A model generated the notes under the pieces. That model was given only the letters and a program-made list of their open reading frames with translations. It was not told the origin of the DNA and searched no databases. Position numbers and translations under genes: made by a program. This document shows positions 27,704 through 39,003 of a DNA stretch of 64,000 nt, piece after piece (position 1 is the first letter of the stretch; each line of letters opens with the position of its first letter). The stretch spans positions 1 through 64,000 of the forward strand of contig DAIDJN010000018.1 in the NCBI GenBank assembly GCA_027451365.1, given 5' to 3'. The DNA comes from Phycisphaerales bacterium (GTDB lineage: Bacteria > Planctomycetota > Phycisphaerae > WQYP01).

Positions 27704-30700
27704 TCAGGGGAGATCCGTCTGTTCCAGCGGGGCAAAAAGCTGGCGGACATCATCCGGCGTCAATTGTGCCGCTGCGCCCGCGCCGGCGTCCAGCAGGCCC
27801 TGCACCAGTGCCGATTTGCGCTGTTGCATGGCCTGAATTTTTTCTTCCACGGTGCCGCGCATGATCAGCTTGTACGTAAACACCGGCTTGGTCTGGCCGA
27901 TGCGGTGGGCACGATCTGTCGCCTGGTTTTCCACCGCCGGGTTCCACCATGGATCATAATGAATAACCGTATCCGCTTCGGTCAGGTTCAGGCCGGTACC
28001 CCCCGCCTTGAGACTTATCAGGAACAGCGGCACTCCGCCCGCCTGAAATCTGCCCACCGGTGTGGTGCGATCCACTGTCTGGCCGTCAAGCCGGACAAAA
28101 TCGATTTCGCGTTTGACGATTTCCTCTTCAATCAGGTCCAACATTCCGGTGAACTGGGAAAACAGAAGGATTTTACGGCCTTCCTCTATCATCGGAGGCA
28201 GCATCTGCATCAGGTATTCGAGTTTTGATGACTCACGAACCGACGCGGCGCTGGGCAATTTGACCAGGCGCGGATCGCAACAGACTTGCCGGAGTTTAAG
28301 CAGGGCATCCAGAATCACAATATGCGAGCGGGCGATTCCCTTTCCGGCGATTTCATCCTGCACACGGGTTTGCATGACCGCGCGGATGCTTTCGTACAAA
28401 TCCAACTGATCACCGGAAATTTCAACGGTGCGCACAACTTCGGTCTTGGCCGGCAATTCCAGCGCGACTTCCTGTTTGCGCCGCCGCATGATAAGGGGTC
28501 CGATGCGACGGGCCAGGGCCTCCCGGCGATGTGTGTCGCCGGCTTTTTCGATCGGATCACGAAAAACACGGCGGAATGTTTTGGCATCGCCGAGAAATCC
28601 GGGCAGAAGGAAGTCGTACAGCGCCCACAACTCGCCCAGATGATTCTCCAGTGGCGTTCCCGAAAGGCAGAGCCGATGGCGGGCTTCAATTCCCCGTGCA
28701 GTCTGGGCGTAGAGTGTCCGCGGATTTTTGATGACCTGCGCTTCATCCATGATCAGCAGATGGAACGCCGTTTTCCTAAGTTCTTCGCTATCCCGCGCCA
28801 GCAGCGGATAGGTGGTAAGCACCAGATCGTGCGAGGCAATGGCGGCGAACAGGTCGTGTCGCGCCGGACCATGCAACAGCACGGTTTTCAGGTCCGGCGC
28901 GAAACGCTCAGCTTCGGCGCGCCAGTTGTGAATAACGCTGGTTGGAGCGATAACCAGTGTGGGACGGTCCATTCGGCCCGATTCCTTTTCGCACACTATG
29001 TGTGCCAGTGTCTGCACGGTTTTCCCCAGCCCCATGTCGTCCGCCAGTACCCCGGACAGATCATGTTCCCGCAGGAACTGCAGCCAGTTCAGGCCGTCGC
29101 GCTGATAGCTCCGCAGCTCGGCCTTCAGGCCGCCGGGCGGCGCTATGGCGGATAAGCCGGAAAAATTTCTCAATTTGTCGCCCAGCAATTTGAGCCGGTC
29201 ATCGCCATTCCATTGCCAACTGTTGTCGATCAGCGAAAGCTGTGCGGCGCGCAGGCGGTCGACTCGCATTTTATTACCGGTCGCCTGCGCGGCGGGGTCC
29301 AGCAGTTCCACCAGAACACCCAGAATGCCTTCCAGTCGCTTGCGCGGAATGGAAATATTGCGGCCATCCGGAAGTCGAATGGCGATGGTTTTGCTTTTTT
29401 TGTCGGTCATGGCCAGTGCGGCGCGCAAAAGCGGAAGTATATTGATGCGTTCCCCTTCCACTTCCACTCCCAGTTCCAGATCAAACCAGTTGTTGTCGCC
29501 GGTGGCCGTGGTTTCAAGAAAATAATCATCCACCTTGACCGTGCGACAGCGGAAACTGTGGTCAAATTCAATCCGCCAGCCTTCGAGTACCAGCGCCGGG
29601 ATTCCGCGCTGAACAAAGGTCTTCCAAGGGTCACTTAACCCCTCATTATAGAAGCTGACCGTGGAGGCCTTGTTTCCCTGCAGCCCCTGATAGTATGTTA
29701 AATTGCGCTCGCGGAGATCGTATTGACACAACGTGGTGTAAAAGCCCCGTTCAACGTCCATGCGGCGGCGCACCACGGCAATGCCGTCCGGCATATTAAG
29801 GCGCATTTGTTCAGGCCCCATGCCGGGTTTCACGCGTTGCCCCATATATTCCACCCAGAATTCGGCGTAATGAAAATATTTTTCAGATTCCTTCCAGGAC
29901 AGCCGTTCGGAATACCACGGATTCTGGGCAGAAAACAAGTGCAGGATCGGAACGGGAACTTCGTCGTTCCTTATTTCCACACGCACTTCACGTGGCGCGG
30001 GAAAGGCCAGGTCCGCAAGCGTCCGCCGCAGGGCGGGTACGTTTTCCGGCTGCACCGGCGGACCGGAAAGCCAGGACGTCAGCCGCATGGGCGACCAGTC
30101 CAACTGTATAGGGCCATATTCGAATGTATTTGTGTCTATATACAGGCACTGCAGGCCCAGCACTATTTCGCCCGTCGGCTGCACCGAGAGACCAGGTATC
30201 TGGATGCCTTTTGCCCCGTCGAGCCAGCACGGCGTTCCCGGCCGCGGTTTGCCGGGTTTCAGCGGCGGCGAACTGACGCTCCGCCAATAACAGCGCCCCG
30301 TTGACACCATCGCCGCAACAAGGTCAGCCGCCAGGCGGTAGGGAAACGGCGTATTCAGTCCGTCCAACGTTCCCGGAGAGCATGCCAGAAGCGTGCTGAG
30401 AATGGAAGAATCAACGGCTTTAACACTGGCTGGCGGGTTGCGCATCGCCTGATGGGGATTAAACGTCCGCACATTGCCGACGGAACCGTCTTTGTAAACA
30501 TGCGCATTGCCTAGAATTACCGTAATTTGTCCGAAATGGTCCGGGTCAGGCGACAGGATATAAACAAAGCGGCGTTTTTCGCGGTTGGAAATTTCCGGAA
30601 CCGCTGCGGCCTGGTCTGCCCCGAAATCTTGTGTTCGCACCAGCCGCAACCACTTTTCCAGCTCGGCGGGCATGGGATGTTCGGCCACAGCAGGAGTCTC

Positions 30701-31141
30701 CGGCCCCGATTGCACCGGTGCGGCAACAATTCTGGGTTGGGTGCCGGATTTGGTTTGGGTGTCGGAATTGTCCGGATGGGCAATGGCCCCATTGACGAAG
30801 TCATGCGGCATGCGTTTGATGACATCGGCCGCGCCAAGATACTCAATTATAACGGCGGCCACATGTTCGCAATTAAAACTTCGACGGCAGGTACAATGCC
30901 CCTCCATTACAATACCATGGGTTGTGTCCGATTTTATCTTCACCACTACCGCAAAGGGCTTGGACTGGTTTTGCCGAACCTTGCCGGTCAGCATGTCATC
31001 TTCGTCCACCTGACAATCCAGAACACACCCCTCGCGCTGGGCTATGCGCCCCTCTTCAAATAATTCTTCGCTGATAAAAATGGCGGGACAGGTGCTTTGC
31101 ATCTGGGTTCGGCTAAGTAATCCGGCAGTCATGGGCGACAC
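27704..31141 (-). CDS. SWIM zinc-finger / SNF2-family helicase
   Basis: CTC...CEHVAA, LADDMGLGKT, DEAQ, LSGTPLENHL and YDPWWNPAVENQATDRAHRIGQ. Confidence 0.93.
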   Translation of the reverse strand: MSPMTAGLLSRTQMQSTCPAIFISEELFEEGRIAQREGCVLDCQVDEDDMLTGKVRQNQSKPFAVVVKIKSDTTHGIVMEGHCTCRRSFNCEHVAAVIIEYLGAADVIKRMPHDFVNGAIAHPDNSDTQTKSGTQPRIVAAPVQSGPETPAVAEHPMPAELEKWLRLVRTQDFGADQAAAVPEISNREKRRFVYILSPDPDHFGQITVILGNAHVYKDGSVGNVRTFNPHQAMRNPPASVKAVDSSILSTLLACSPGTLDGLNTPFPYRLAADLVAAMVSTGRCYWRSVSSPPLKPGKPRPGTPCWLDGAKGIQIPGLSVQPTGEIVLGLQCLYIDTNTFEYGPIQLDWSPMRLTSWLSGPPVQPENVPALRRTLADLAFPAPREVRVEIRNDEVPVPILHLFSAQNPWYSERLSWKESEKYFHYAEFWVEYMGQRVKPGMGPEQMRLNMPDGIAVVRRRMDVERGFYTTLCQYDLRERNLTYYQGLQGNKASTVSFYNEGLSDPWKTFVQRGIPALVLEGWRIEFDHSFRCRTVKVDDYFLETTATGDNNWFDLELGVEVEGERINILPLLRAALAMTDKKSKTIAIRLPDGRNISIPRKRLEGILGVLVELLDPAAQATGNKMRVDRLRAAQLSLIDNSWQWNGDDRLKLLGDKLRNFSGLSAIAPPGGLKAELRSYQRDGLNWLQFLREHDLSGVLADDMGLGKTVQTLAHIVCEKESGRMDRPTLVIAPTSVIHNWRAEAERFAPDLKTVLLHGPARHDLFAAIASHDLVLTTYPLLARDSEELRKTAFHLLIMDEAQVIKNPRTLYAQTARGIEARHRLCLSGTPLENHLGELWALYDFLLPGFLGDAKTFRRVFRDPIEKAGDTHRREALARRIGPLIMRRRKQEVALELPAKTEVVRTVEISGDQLDLYESIRAVMQTRVQDEIAGKGIARSHIVILDALLKLRQVCCDPRLVKLPSAASVRESSKLEYLMQMLPPMIEEGRKILLFSQFTGMLDLIEEEIVKREIDFVRLDGQTVDRTTPVGRFQAGGVPLFLISLKAGGTGLNLTEADTVIHYDPWWNPAVENQATDRAHRIGQTKPVFTYKLIMRGTVEEKIQAMQQRKSALVQGLLDAGAGAAAQLTPDDVRQLFAPLEQTDLP

Positions 31142-31439
31142 CTTCCGTGGCTCTCTGCAATCTCATGAACGAGACAGATTGCATTCACCCGGTATTTTCG
31201 CAAATTTCGCGCAAAAAGAAAAGGGGGAAGTGAAATATTCTCAGACGTCGTCAAAACTTCATAATAAATTCAATTTAGCGAATTATTATTGGCGCAAATT
31301 CTATATGCAGTAGTCCCAAATGCCATATACACCAATATGATGTTATCGTGTTACGGAGATTGGAACGCGCCAGCAAGCGAAGAAGGCCGGAAACCGCCCA
31401 CTCTGCCGCGGAAAGACGCCTTGTAACAGGGAGTTTTAA

Positions 31440-31513
31440 CGAGGGCGACGGGGATCGAACCCGCAACCTTCGGATCGACAATCCGATGCTCTAACCAATT
31501 GAGCTACGCCCTC
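31440..31513 (-). tRNA. tRNA-Asp (GTC); CCA not encoded
   Basis: GAGGGCG acceptor stem, TAGCTCAATTGGTTAGAGC D-arm, TCGGA-TT-GTC-GA-TCCGA anticodon arm and GGTTCGATCCC T-arm. Confidence 0.97.
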
Positions 31514-31616
31514 AATGGGGATATTTCCAAGCCCAGTATGCTAAGGCGCGGGCGGCGGGTATGTCAAACGAATGCAATTATTTTTACCCGGCGAGAGTCT
31601 CTTTTAATGGTCCGTT

Positions 31617-32444
31617 TTAAACTTTTCTGGCACATAACGCCAGAAATAAAGGAATTTCGCGGCGACTCGCGTCCAGTCCGGCAAATCGCCGACCGGCCGG
31701 TGGCGTCTTGCGGCTGATCCATTCCTCCAGCCTTTCCAGCAGCAGGCCGGCCGAACCAAGGGTATTGATATAGGCCTGCAACGGGCGGTGAAAGGTGAAG
31801 GTTTCCTGCCCCGGATCCTGTCCGGGATGGGTTTGAATGGGAATTTTTTCCGAAGTCAGGTAGCTGTCCACGCGGCGATATTGCAATTGATCGCGGTCAT
31901 CCCAACCCCAGTCACTTTTTTTGGGGATGCGAAAACAAGGATGCAGCAGTACCACCACCAGACGTCCGCCCGGCTTAAGCAAATGAAAACATCCTTTCCA
32001 TATTGGCGAGAGCGGCGTCATGTTGGCAATAGCCAAAATACAGATGGCGGCATCAAAAGATGCAGGGGCCAGCGGACTATTTTCCAGATGGCGGGCGTCG
32101 CCGACGTAATAACTTTCCAATTCCGGCGATGCCGTGCGGCGTCGCGCCGCTTCAATCAATGATGGGGCCAGGTCCATACCGACAGTCGCGGCCCCGCGGC
32201 CCGCCAGTGCGCGACAGGCCACGCCTTGCCCGCAGGCAATGTCTAAAATGCGTTTACCGGGATGCGGATCAATTAATCGCAGCACTCCGGGAATAATCAC
32301 CTGTTCATGATGCACGCTGCCCTGGTCGCCGACCAGTTCATCATACCATTCCCCCACATGGTCCCAGTCAGTCCTGACCGGATTGGTTGATATCGAACCG
32401 GTTCGTCGGGCGGGACCTTGCTTTTGCGGCGCACGCTTTTTCAT
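31617..32444 (-). CDS. Class I SAM-dependent methyltransferase
   Basis: ILDIACGQG, LLKPGGRLV and HPCF...FHRPLQAYIN. Confidence 0.9.
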   Translation of the reverse strand: MKKRAPQKQGPARRTGSISTNPVRTDWDHVGEWYDELVGDQGSVHHEQVIIPGVLRLIDPHPGKRILDIACGQGVACRALAGRGAATVGMDLAPSLIEAARRRTASPELESYYVGDARHLENSPLAPASFDAAICILAIANMTPLSPIWKGCFHLLKPGGRLVVVLLHPCFRIPKKSDWGWDDRDQLQYRRVDSYLTSEKIPIQTHPGQDPGQETFTFHRPLQAYINTLGSAGLLLERLEEWISRKTPPAGRRFAGLDASRREIPLFLALCARKV

Positions 32445-32567
32445 GACAGGTAACTATAACCGGGCGGCTGGATGGATTCATCCGGCCTGCCTGTCGCGTG
32501 AATTCAGGCGACAGATCGAATCTGCGGATAAACTGTTTCCTTGCAGTTTCAAACTGGAGTTCGAATT

Positions 32568-33905
32568 ATGGATCGATCGAGTCGGCGGCGGTTTCTGGGA
32601 ACAGTTGGCGCAGCAGGCATGGCCGGGGCGTGGCCAACCTTGGACTTGCGGTTGGCTGCAGGTCCGGATATGCGAAAAGCATTTACAGGACCGTATTTGA
32701 ATGCGGCGGAATTTGGAGCGGTGGCCGATGGCAGCCACGATGCCACCGGAGCCATTCAAAAAGCTCTGGACACCCAAAGTCGGCTGGGCGGCGGCGTGGT
32801 GGCTCTGCAGGCCGGAGAATTTACACTCGGTGGCAACCTGCACATTCCGGAATCTGTCGCGCTGTGCGGCACCGCCCGGGGGCCGACCTCCCGCGCCGCG
32901 ACCGGATTTCCTTCTGACCAGCTCGCCGGCACGGTGGCCCGGGGCACCGTGCTGCGGGCAATTGGCGGTCACGGCAAAGAAGATGGCCCGCCGCTGATAA
33001 CCCTGGCCACCAATGCAGCCATTCAGGGGCTGGCGATTTGGTATCCGGGGCAGAATCCACTGGAAACACCGGTCGCGTATCCATGGACACTCAGATTAAA
33101 CGGTGAAAATGTAACCGTGGAAAATGTGGAGTTGCTCAACTCGTGGAAAGGAATCAACGCGGATTCCGCGCATCGGCATTTTATCCGGAATGTCACCGGC
33201 CAGCCCCTGCGGATCGGCATATTTGTCGACAATATCTATGATATTGGCCGCATTGAAAACGTGCATTTCAATCCCTGGTGGTCGCAAAGTCGGCCCGTTC
33301 AAAGCTTTATGTACCGGCACGGCGAATCATTTGTATTCGGGCGTTCAGACTGGGAATATGTCCTTAATACGTTTTCATTCGGCTACAAAACGGGTTACCG
33401 GTTTATTCAGGGAAAAACCGGTGCCTGCAATGGGAATTTTCTGGGGATTGGCGCGGATGCTTCAATGCACGCGGTGCGCGTTGAACAATCACAGTCGCCC
33501 GGCCTTCTGATTACCAATGGAGAATTTGTTTCTTTTGATCATCTTGCGCTGGGAGGCATGCAGCCAAGGCAGGTGGTGGTGGAGGCGGCCAACAACGGGC
33601 CGGTCCGTTTTGTAAACAGTTCGTTCTGGGGACCGTCTGATGGCATTGCGAAACTTGCGGGCCGCGGAACCGTCGGATTTAACGCATGCACAATAGTTCA
33701 GTGGAATCCGGCGTTTGCCGCGGTGGAATCGGCCGGGGCGCCCCTGATTATCAACGGATGTGAATTCCAGCAGCCGGGAACACAGGTGCGATTGGGAAAG
33801 TCCGTGCGCCAGGCGGTGGTATCAGGAAATCTGTTTGCGGGAACTTTACGGATTGATAACCAATCATCCGGCGCAGTGGAAATCGGTCTGAACAGTTCGC
33901 AATAA
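32568..33905 (+). CDS. Tat-exported pectate-lyase-3-like beta-helix protein
   Basis: SRRRFLG twin-arginine signal; FGAVADGSHDATGAIQKALD and DIGRIENVHFNP. Confidence 0.8.
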   Translation: MDRSSRRRFLGTVGAAGMAGAWPTLDLRLAAGPDMRKAFTGPYLNAAEFGAVADGSHDATGAIQKALDTQSRLGGGVVALQAGEFTLGGNLHIPESVALCGTARGPTSRAATGFPSDQLAGTVARGTVLRAIGGHGKEDGPPLITLATNAAIQGLAIWYPGQNPLETPVAYPWTLRLNGENVTVENVELLNSWKGINADSAHRHFIRNVTGQPLRIGIFVDNIYDIGRIENVHFNPWWSQSRPVQSFMYRHGESFVFGRSDWEYVLNTFSFGYKTGYRFIQGKTGACNGNFLGIGADASMHAVRVEQSQSPGLLITNGEFVSFDHLALGGMQPRQVVVEAANNGPVRFVNSSFWGPSDGIAKLAGRGTVGFNACTIVQWNPAFAAVESAGAPLIINGCEFQQPGTQVRLGKSVRQAVVSGNLFAGTLRIDNQSSGAVEIGLNSSQ

Positions 33906-33956
33906 TGCTTCTTCCGCGAAGCCTGACGAATTCCTTAAATCGCCACGCCCCGCGAT

Positions 33957-34874
33957 TCAGGTTCCCCGCGCGACTCTGCGGTTCCGCGGTACGTTTGCCA
34001 GCACACGACCGACCGCAACTTCGATGCCCAGGCGCGATGGCGTGTCACGTTCCACAATCTGCCGCAGCTTTTCCCGCGGCACCTGCGGCAGCCCAGCGTT
34101 CCGTGCAAATGCGTTAATGTTATAAATTGTCTCAATGGCCGCTGCCGCTGAATGGAAGGGGAAATTGCTTCCGAACAGCAGTTTATCCGTTACCTGCATC
34201 TGGTGCGCGCGAACCAGTGTATCGTAGGCAATCCAAGGCTCCTGCAGCACGCTGCCCAGGCACGCCAGAACGTGGTCATGCTTTTGCAGCAGCGTCAGCG
34301 TTTCGTCCACCCATGGCCGCCCCATATTGGCAATAATGATGTGCAGCGACGGATGTGTCCGGGCAATTTCGTCCAGCAGGATCGGACGTGCATATTCCAG
34401 ACGGGTCTGCTGCGACAGGTAAGTTCCCGGCGAAAAAATGACCGGCATTTTCAACTTCGCCGCGCGCGCATAAGCTCGCATTGCACGGGTGTCACACGGA
34501 TGGAAATCCTGGGCGGCCGGGGCAATAGCCAATCCTTTCAGACCCGGCTCACGGGAGATTAGTTCAATCTGGTCCAGCGCATCCGGGTCGGTTGGATCCA
34601 GTCCGGCAAATCCAAACATCCGATTCGGATGCTCCATGCAATAATCGGCGATAAACCGGTTTGGAATTTCCGCCTTCATCGCCAGACTTTTGAATCCCAC
34701 CACAAAACAGCAGTCCACGCTTTCCGCCGACAACATCAGGCTGGCCGTATCCGCCTTGGGAAGCATACGAAGTTCATCTGAACCGAAAACCATCGGCCGC
34801 GCCAGCCGGCGCAGCGCGTCGGGACCAAGCTGTTCAGGGCTTTGCCAGATGGCTGTATAACAATCCACAATCAT
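33957..34874 (-). CDS. Amidohydrolase_2 family protein
   Basis: MIVDCYT, HPNRMFGFAGLDP and KLLFGSNFP; the metal-ligand histidines appear degenerate. Confidence 0.75.
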   Translation of the reverse strand: MIVDCYTAIWQSPEQLGPDALRRLARPMVFGSDELRMLPKADTASLMLSAESVDCCFVVGFKSLAMKAEIPNRFIADYCMEHPNRMFGFAGLDPTDPDALDQIELISREPGLKGLAIAPAAQDFHPCDTRAMRAYARAAKLKMPVIFSPGTYLSQQTRLEYARPILLDEIARTHPSLHIIIANMGRPWVDETLTLLQKHDHVLACLGSVLQEPWIAYDTLVRAHQMQVTDKLLFGSNFPFHSAAAAIETIYNINAFARNAGLPQVPREKLRQIVERDTPSRLGIEVAVGRVLANVPRNRRVARGT

Positions 34875-35263
34875 GTCGAATCACCTTCGCTTTAACCGTC
34901 ATGGGACAGATTTCAGTTCATCCCGCGGCCGACCTTGCAAGCATTATAAACCGACTCGGCACCGGATGTGACATTGCGCCTGATTAAGAGCCATCGGGGG
35001 CTGGCCCGCATTTTTACGAAGGCTGCAAGCGTCGGTGGGACCGCGGCCATGGCCCGGTAATCGTAAAGTCCGGCATCGCTTCAGGTCGGCAATCGGCCAT
35101 TGACCGCGCAGCTCCAATATCCGTTTCGCAACCGGTTGGACAAATCACGATCAATACGCGCAGCCCTCGATTTGGCATCGCGGTTGCGACGGTTCGCATT
35201 GCACACACCGTCGGATAAGTTATGATAAAACCATCTGGTCGGAACAGGACGAGACTTTATTTC

Positions 35264-36067
35264 ATGACTGACGAAAATGTGCCAGCGGCAGACCTTACAC
35301 CGGCCACCCCGGAAGCAGCGCCGCAGGCTTCGCCAACGGATTTAATCTCCGCCTCCCCCACCTCGCCGACGGATTTTGACCCGTCACAATCTGATCAGCC
35401 TGCTGTGCAATCCGCAGTTGCCGCCGTCCAATCGCCGGCCGGCGGCCCCCCCTGTCCTGTGGCCGGCTGCAAGGGCATCATGCGGTCACTTCCGGTTACC
35501 ATCGGCACTGCGCAGTCGCGATGCACGTTATGCGGTTTGGAAACCGATGAGTTCGTGTTTCGTCCGGTATTGCATGAAACCGTGCGGGCGGAATTGGCCC
35601 TTGCCGAGGACGCGGTGTGCGCTTTTCATCCGGATAAAAAAGCGGTCAACACCTGCGCCGGCACGGGCAATTTTATCTGTGCGCTTTGCAGCGTGCCGCT
35701 GCGCGATTCAACTTACAGCGTGCAGTTTCTGGAATCATCGGCGGGCAAAGCCGTAATTGGCGGAAATTTCGACCGCTACCTCAACCGCCCGGATCGCGCC
35801 GTCATCGCGCCGCTGCTGCTTTATCTGGTTCTGCCATTGGCTGGAATCATCTGGTTTACCGCCGTGATTTGGTTTCCTTATGGATTATTCCAATGGTTTG
35901 CCGCGCGGCGACAGTGGAAAGTCGATGCCCTGTTCCGCACGCAGTGCAGTTCCCTCCGGCTGTGGACAATTCTGGTGGTGTTCCTGCTGGCAGGAGGAGC
36001 GTCACTGTTTTCATCCGTCGGAATGATATGGTATATGGTCATCACAGGGATTCGCGGATCCGCCTGA
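35264..36067 (+). CDS. Membrane protein with Cys-rich (B-box-like) zinc fingers
   Basis: CPVAGC...CTLC and CAFHPDKKAVNTCAGTGNFICALC; C-terminal TM helices. Confidence 0.6.
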   Translation: MTDENVPAADLTPATPEAAPQASPTDLISASPTSPTDFDPSQSDQPAVQSAVAAVQSPAGGPPCPVAGCKGIMRSLPVTIGTAQSRCTLCGLETDEFVFRPVLHETVRAELALAEDAVCAFHPDKKAVNTCAGTGNFICALCSVPLRDSTYSVQFLESSAGKAVIGGNFDRYLNRPDRAVIAPLLLYLVLPLAGIIWFTAVIWFPYGLFQWFAARRQWKVDALFRTQCSSLRLWTILVVFLLAGGASLFSSVGMIWYMVITGIRGSA

Positions 36068-36088
36068 CGGTAAACATTTGGGAGATGT

Positions 36089-36565
36089 ATGTCCGACCCG
36101 CTGAAATTCAGTTTTTCCAATATGTTTACGCGCACGCGGATTGTCCTTGGGGATGACGTGCTGACCACGCTGCAAGGCGAATATGGCCGCGACCGCGTGC
36201 GCCGTGTCTATTATGACCAGATCGCGTTCGTGCTGACCTGGAAAACCGATCGCGTGCTGGCGCTGCTGGTCATGTTTATCATGCTGATGGGCCTGGCTCT
36301 GGCGGCGATCGTCAGCTTCGCGTCGTATCACAACTGGATCATCGGATCAATCATGACCATTATTGGAATTCTGGACCTGTGGGGCATGGTTCAGGCGGGA
36401 CGAAAAAAAATGCGGCACTTGGCCATCTATCGGACGGGAAATATTCTGCGCATTTCCGGCGCGATGGATGACCGTAAGTTCAATTTTTTTCTGGATTCCC
36501 TCCAACAGCGAATTCGGGCGGTGCAGCAGGCGGGCACAGCGGAAATTCAATCGCCCGTTGCCTGA
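36089..36565 (+). CDS. Hypothetical membrane protein
   Basis: GGGAG SD; two hydrophobic helices. Confidence 0.6.
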   Translation: MSDPLKFSFSNMFTRTRIVLGDDVLTTLQGEYGRDRVRRVYYDQIAFVLTWKTDRVLALLVMFIMLMGLALAAIVSFASYHNWIIGSIMTIIGILDLWGMVQAGRKKMRHLAIYRTGNILRISGAMDDRKFNFFLDSLQQRIRAVQQAGTAEIQSPVA

Positions 36566-36711
36566 AACAGACATGGTGCAATATCGCACCGGCACCAAAG
36601 CACACGTCGACTACCCCCCCACCACATTCGATATAACACCAGAAAGCCAATCGGGAATTTGCGCCGGTGGATTGCTTCGGGAATGGCCAGAGAGGTCAAA
36701 TCAGTTTCCCA

Positions 36712-39003
36712 TTACGGAACCCTTGGTGGCTCGCGAGCTATCAGTACGGCAATTTCTTCCCTGATCCGCTTAATTTCACGCGGGTTCAGCCGTGTAAGCT
36801 CTTTTTTCGGCAGGTCGCTGTTCAGTTGCAGGGCTAGTTTTAACTGGGCAATCCGCTCCGGCAGCGTCAGCCCCGAACGAGCGGTCATTGCGTATCCGAT
36901 CCGCACCCGCGGATTGGTGGTGTTAATCGACAACAGTCTGAGCACCTCTGCCCGCGGATTGCGGCCCATTGCAATTGTCAGTTCAATCTTGCGGGCCAGC
37001 CAGATTTGCGAACGCGGCTTGCAGGCCAGCACATGATCCACCGCCACCAGGGCGGCGCGCGTCCGGTGGGTTACCGCCGCCTTCATATAAGCCTGCTGCC
37101 ACGGCTGCGGGTCCATGGCCAGCCGACCGGTTTCCGCCGGCAGCCAGATAAAACAAATGGCCGCAGCGGCAGTCAGTGCGGCCAGCGCAAGCAAACCGTG
37201 CCGCAGAGCGCCTGCGGCCGCCGCGTGGGGTGCCCAGGTAACTGCATGTCGCGATTCACGCGCGGAATCAGCCGCGACCGGCTGCGCGGCTCCCAGACAA
37301 ATCCAAAACAACATCGCCACCGGACCGGTGATCAGCGCCAGGTTGATCTGGTCGTACAGACACATGCCCGCAGCGCCCAGGGCCAGTGCCAGCAGAACCA
37401 CCCGCTTCTGTTCGCTGTTCAGAAATGCCCAAGCCCCGTTGGCCAGCACCATGCCCAGAAAACCGATGCATGCAAAGCTTCCGGCCATCAGCAGCAGAAA
37501 CTTAGCCTCGCCCGGACTGTCCTTTGCCGGTGCGGTCAGGGCCATCTGAATGATCCACCAGCCCAATACAAATACCGCCAGAAATGCAGGATGAACATAG
37601 CGACGCGCGGCGGTATCGGCTTGCTCCATGGCGGGTCTACCAATAACCAGCAGAAATGCGGCCAACGCCAGGATTCCCCATAAAGCCGCCGCCGGCAGCC
37701 CCGCTTCGCTGGCCAGTCGTACCAGCGGATTGTGCGGATCTTTGACATCTTCCGGCGCGCTGGGCAGTTTGTAGTGCGTATAATAATAGCCGAAATTATT
37801 AAGCCCTACTCCCAGCATTGGGTGATGTTCCACCATCCGCGCTGCACCGGTCCAGTATTGCCAGCGATACAGCAGGTCCTTGGTCGGCAGCCCATGCCGG
37901 AGTATTCCCCAACCTATGATACTTCCGGCCAAAACCAGCGCCATCGCCAGAACCGCGGCTGCGGCCGACCAGCGCCGGCGCCCCAGTGATTCACGGTAAA
38001 CCCAGCCGACGCCCAGCGCCACAAGACAGATTGCTTCCGATGCCATGCCGCCCTTGGAAAGCGTAAACACCAGCACAACCAAGGAAAGAATAAATAGGAT
38101 ACACAGCGGAGCACCCGGAATAACAGCCGGCGGAATTTCATTGTCGCTATTGGTTGTATCTTTTCTTTGTGCGTACTTGCCGCGTGCCACATTTCCGGCG
38201 GACGACTCTGCTACTTTCCGCCGCTGAGAAAACAAAAACAACGCCATTGGCAGACAAATAAGGCTTAAGGGCAACAGTACCTCGGCCAAACCATCGCTTA
38301 AATTAAGGAAGCCGGTCACCGCCCCGGCCTTCACACGACTTTGAAAAAGCAGAATGTTCGGGTTGCCCGGCCCCCAGCCCATTTGCCGGAAAAACGCCTC
38401 TTTATGGTGCAGAAAGTAATGCAACGTCGCGGGCAATTCAAAATATTTCTCGTAAAGGCACTTCGCGCATATGACCGCCAGCAGGGCCACCAGCACACTG
38501 ATGACAAATTGCCGCCGCCGGTCGGTACTGCATACCACCGCAATGGCCCAACCGCTGATCATTCCCATGACCATATCAAAAACGCCGGTTATTGCAGCGA
38601 ATCGATTGGAGGCCTGTAATGCCGAAAGCGTGCAGCAGCCTGTCAGCAGGAATATGCCCGCCAGCCGCCATAGCTTTTCCCGCGCCATTTTTTCGGCGGC
38701 CGCAAATCCCGCTACCGCCAGGCAAAAAGCACAAACCGCCATCGTCAGAATATCCCGCGGTCCGGGACTGGAATAAATCCCGCGGGTTACCGCGCCGATG
38801 GCGGCCCCGGAACCGGAAAATGCGCCATCCTCAATCGGTTCATTGGTGGTCAGGCGGATGCACAGAATCAGCAGCAAGCCCACCAGCACGACCCAGCATG
38901 TGGCGGTTTTCCATACCGCAGTGCCGGCGCAATCGGCCCGCCGGATTGCCGATCTGCCCGACATTGGATTCGCTTCGCTGCCTGGCCGGTCATTGCTCTT
39001 CAT
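36712..39003 (-). CDS. O-antigen ligase (Wzy_C) family membrane protein
   Basis: VFTLSKGG, RWQYWTGAARMVEHHPMLGVGLNNF and DPHNPLVRLASEAG. Confidence 0.85.
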   Translation of the reverse strand: MKSNDRPGSEANPMSGRSAIRRADCAGTAVWKTATCWVVLVGLLLILCIRLTTNEPIEDGAFSGSGAAIGAVTRGIYSSPGPRDILTMAVCAFCLAVAGFAAAEKMAREKLWRLAGIFLLTGCCTLSALQASNRFAAITGVFDMVMGMISGWAIAVVCSTDRRRQFVISVLVALLAVICAKCLYEKYFELPATLHYFLHHKEAFFRQMGWGPGNPNILLFQSRVKAGAVTGFLNLSDGLAEVLLPLSLICLPMALFLFSQRRKVAESSAGNVARGKYAQRKDTTNSDNEIPPAVIPGAPLCILFILSLVVLVFTLSKGGMASEAICLVALGVGWVYRESLGRRRWSAAAAVLAMALVLAGSIIGWGILRHGLPTKDLLYRWQYWTGAARMVEHHPMLGVGLNNFGYYYTHYKLPSAPEDVKDPHNPLVRLASEAGLPAAALWGILALAAFLLVIGRPAMEQADTAARRYVHPAFLAVFVLGWWIIQMALTAPAKDSPGEAKFLLLMAGSFACIGFLGMVLANGAWAFLNSEQKRVVLLALALGAAGMCLYDQINLALITGPVAMLFWICLGAAQPVAADSARESRHAVTWAPHAAAAGALRHGLLALAALTAAAAICFIWLPAETGRLAMDPQPWQQAYMKAAVTHRTRAALVAVDHVLACKPRSQIWLARKIELTIAMGRNPRAEVLRLLSINTTNPRVRIGYAMTARSGLTLPERIAQLKLALQLNSDLPKKELTRLNPREIKRIREEIAVLIAREPPRVP

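Noticed and set aside
31440..31470. Genomic island integrated at tRNA-Asp
   Set aside because: There is no integrase and no convincing duplicated 3' end; only 9-10-nt chance matches were seen near 1345 and 12293.
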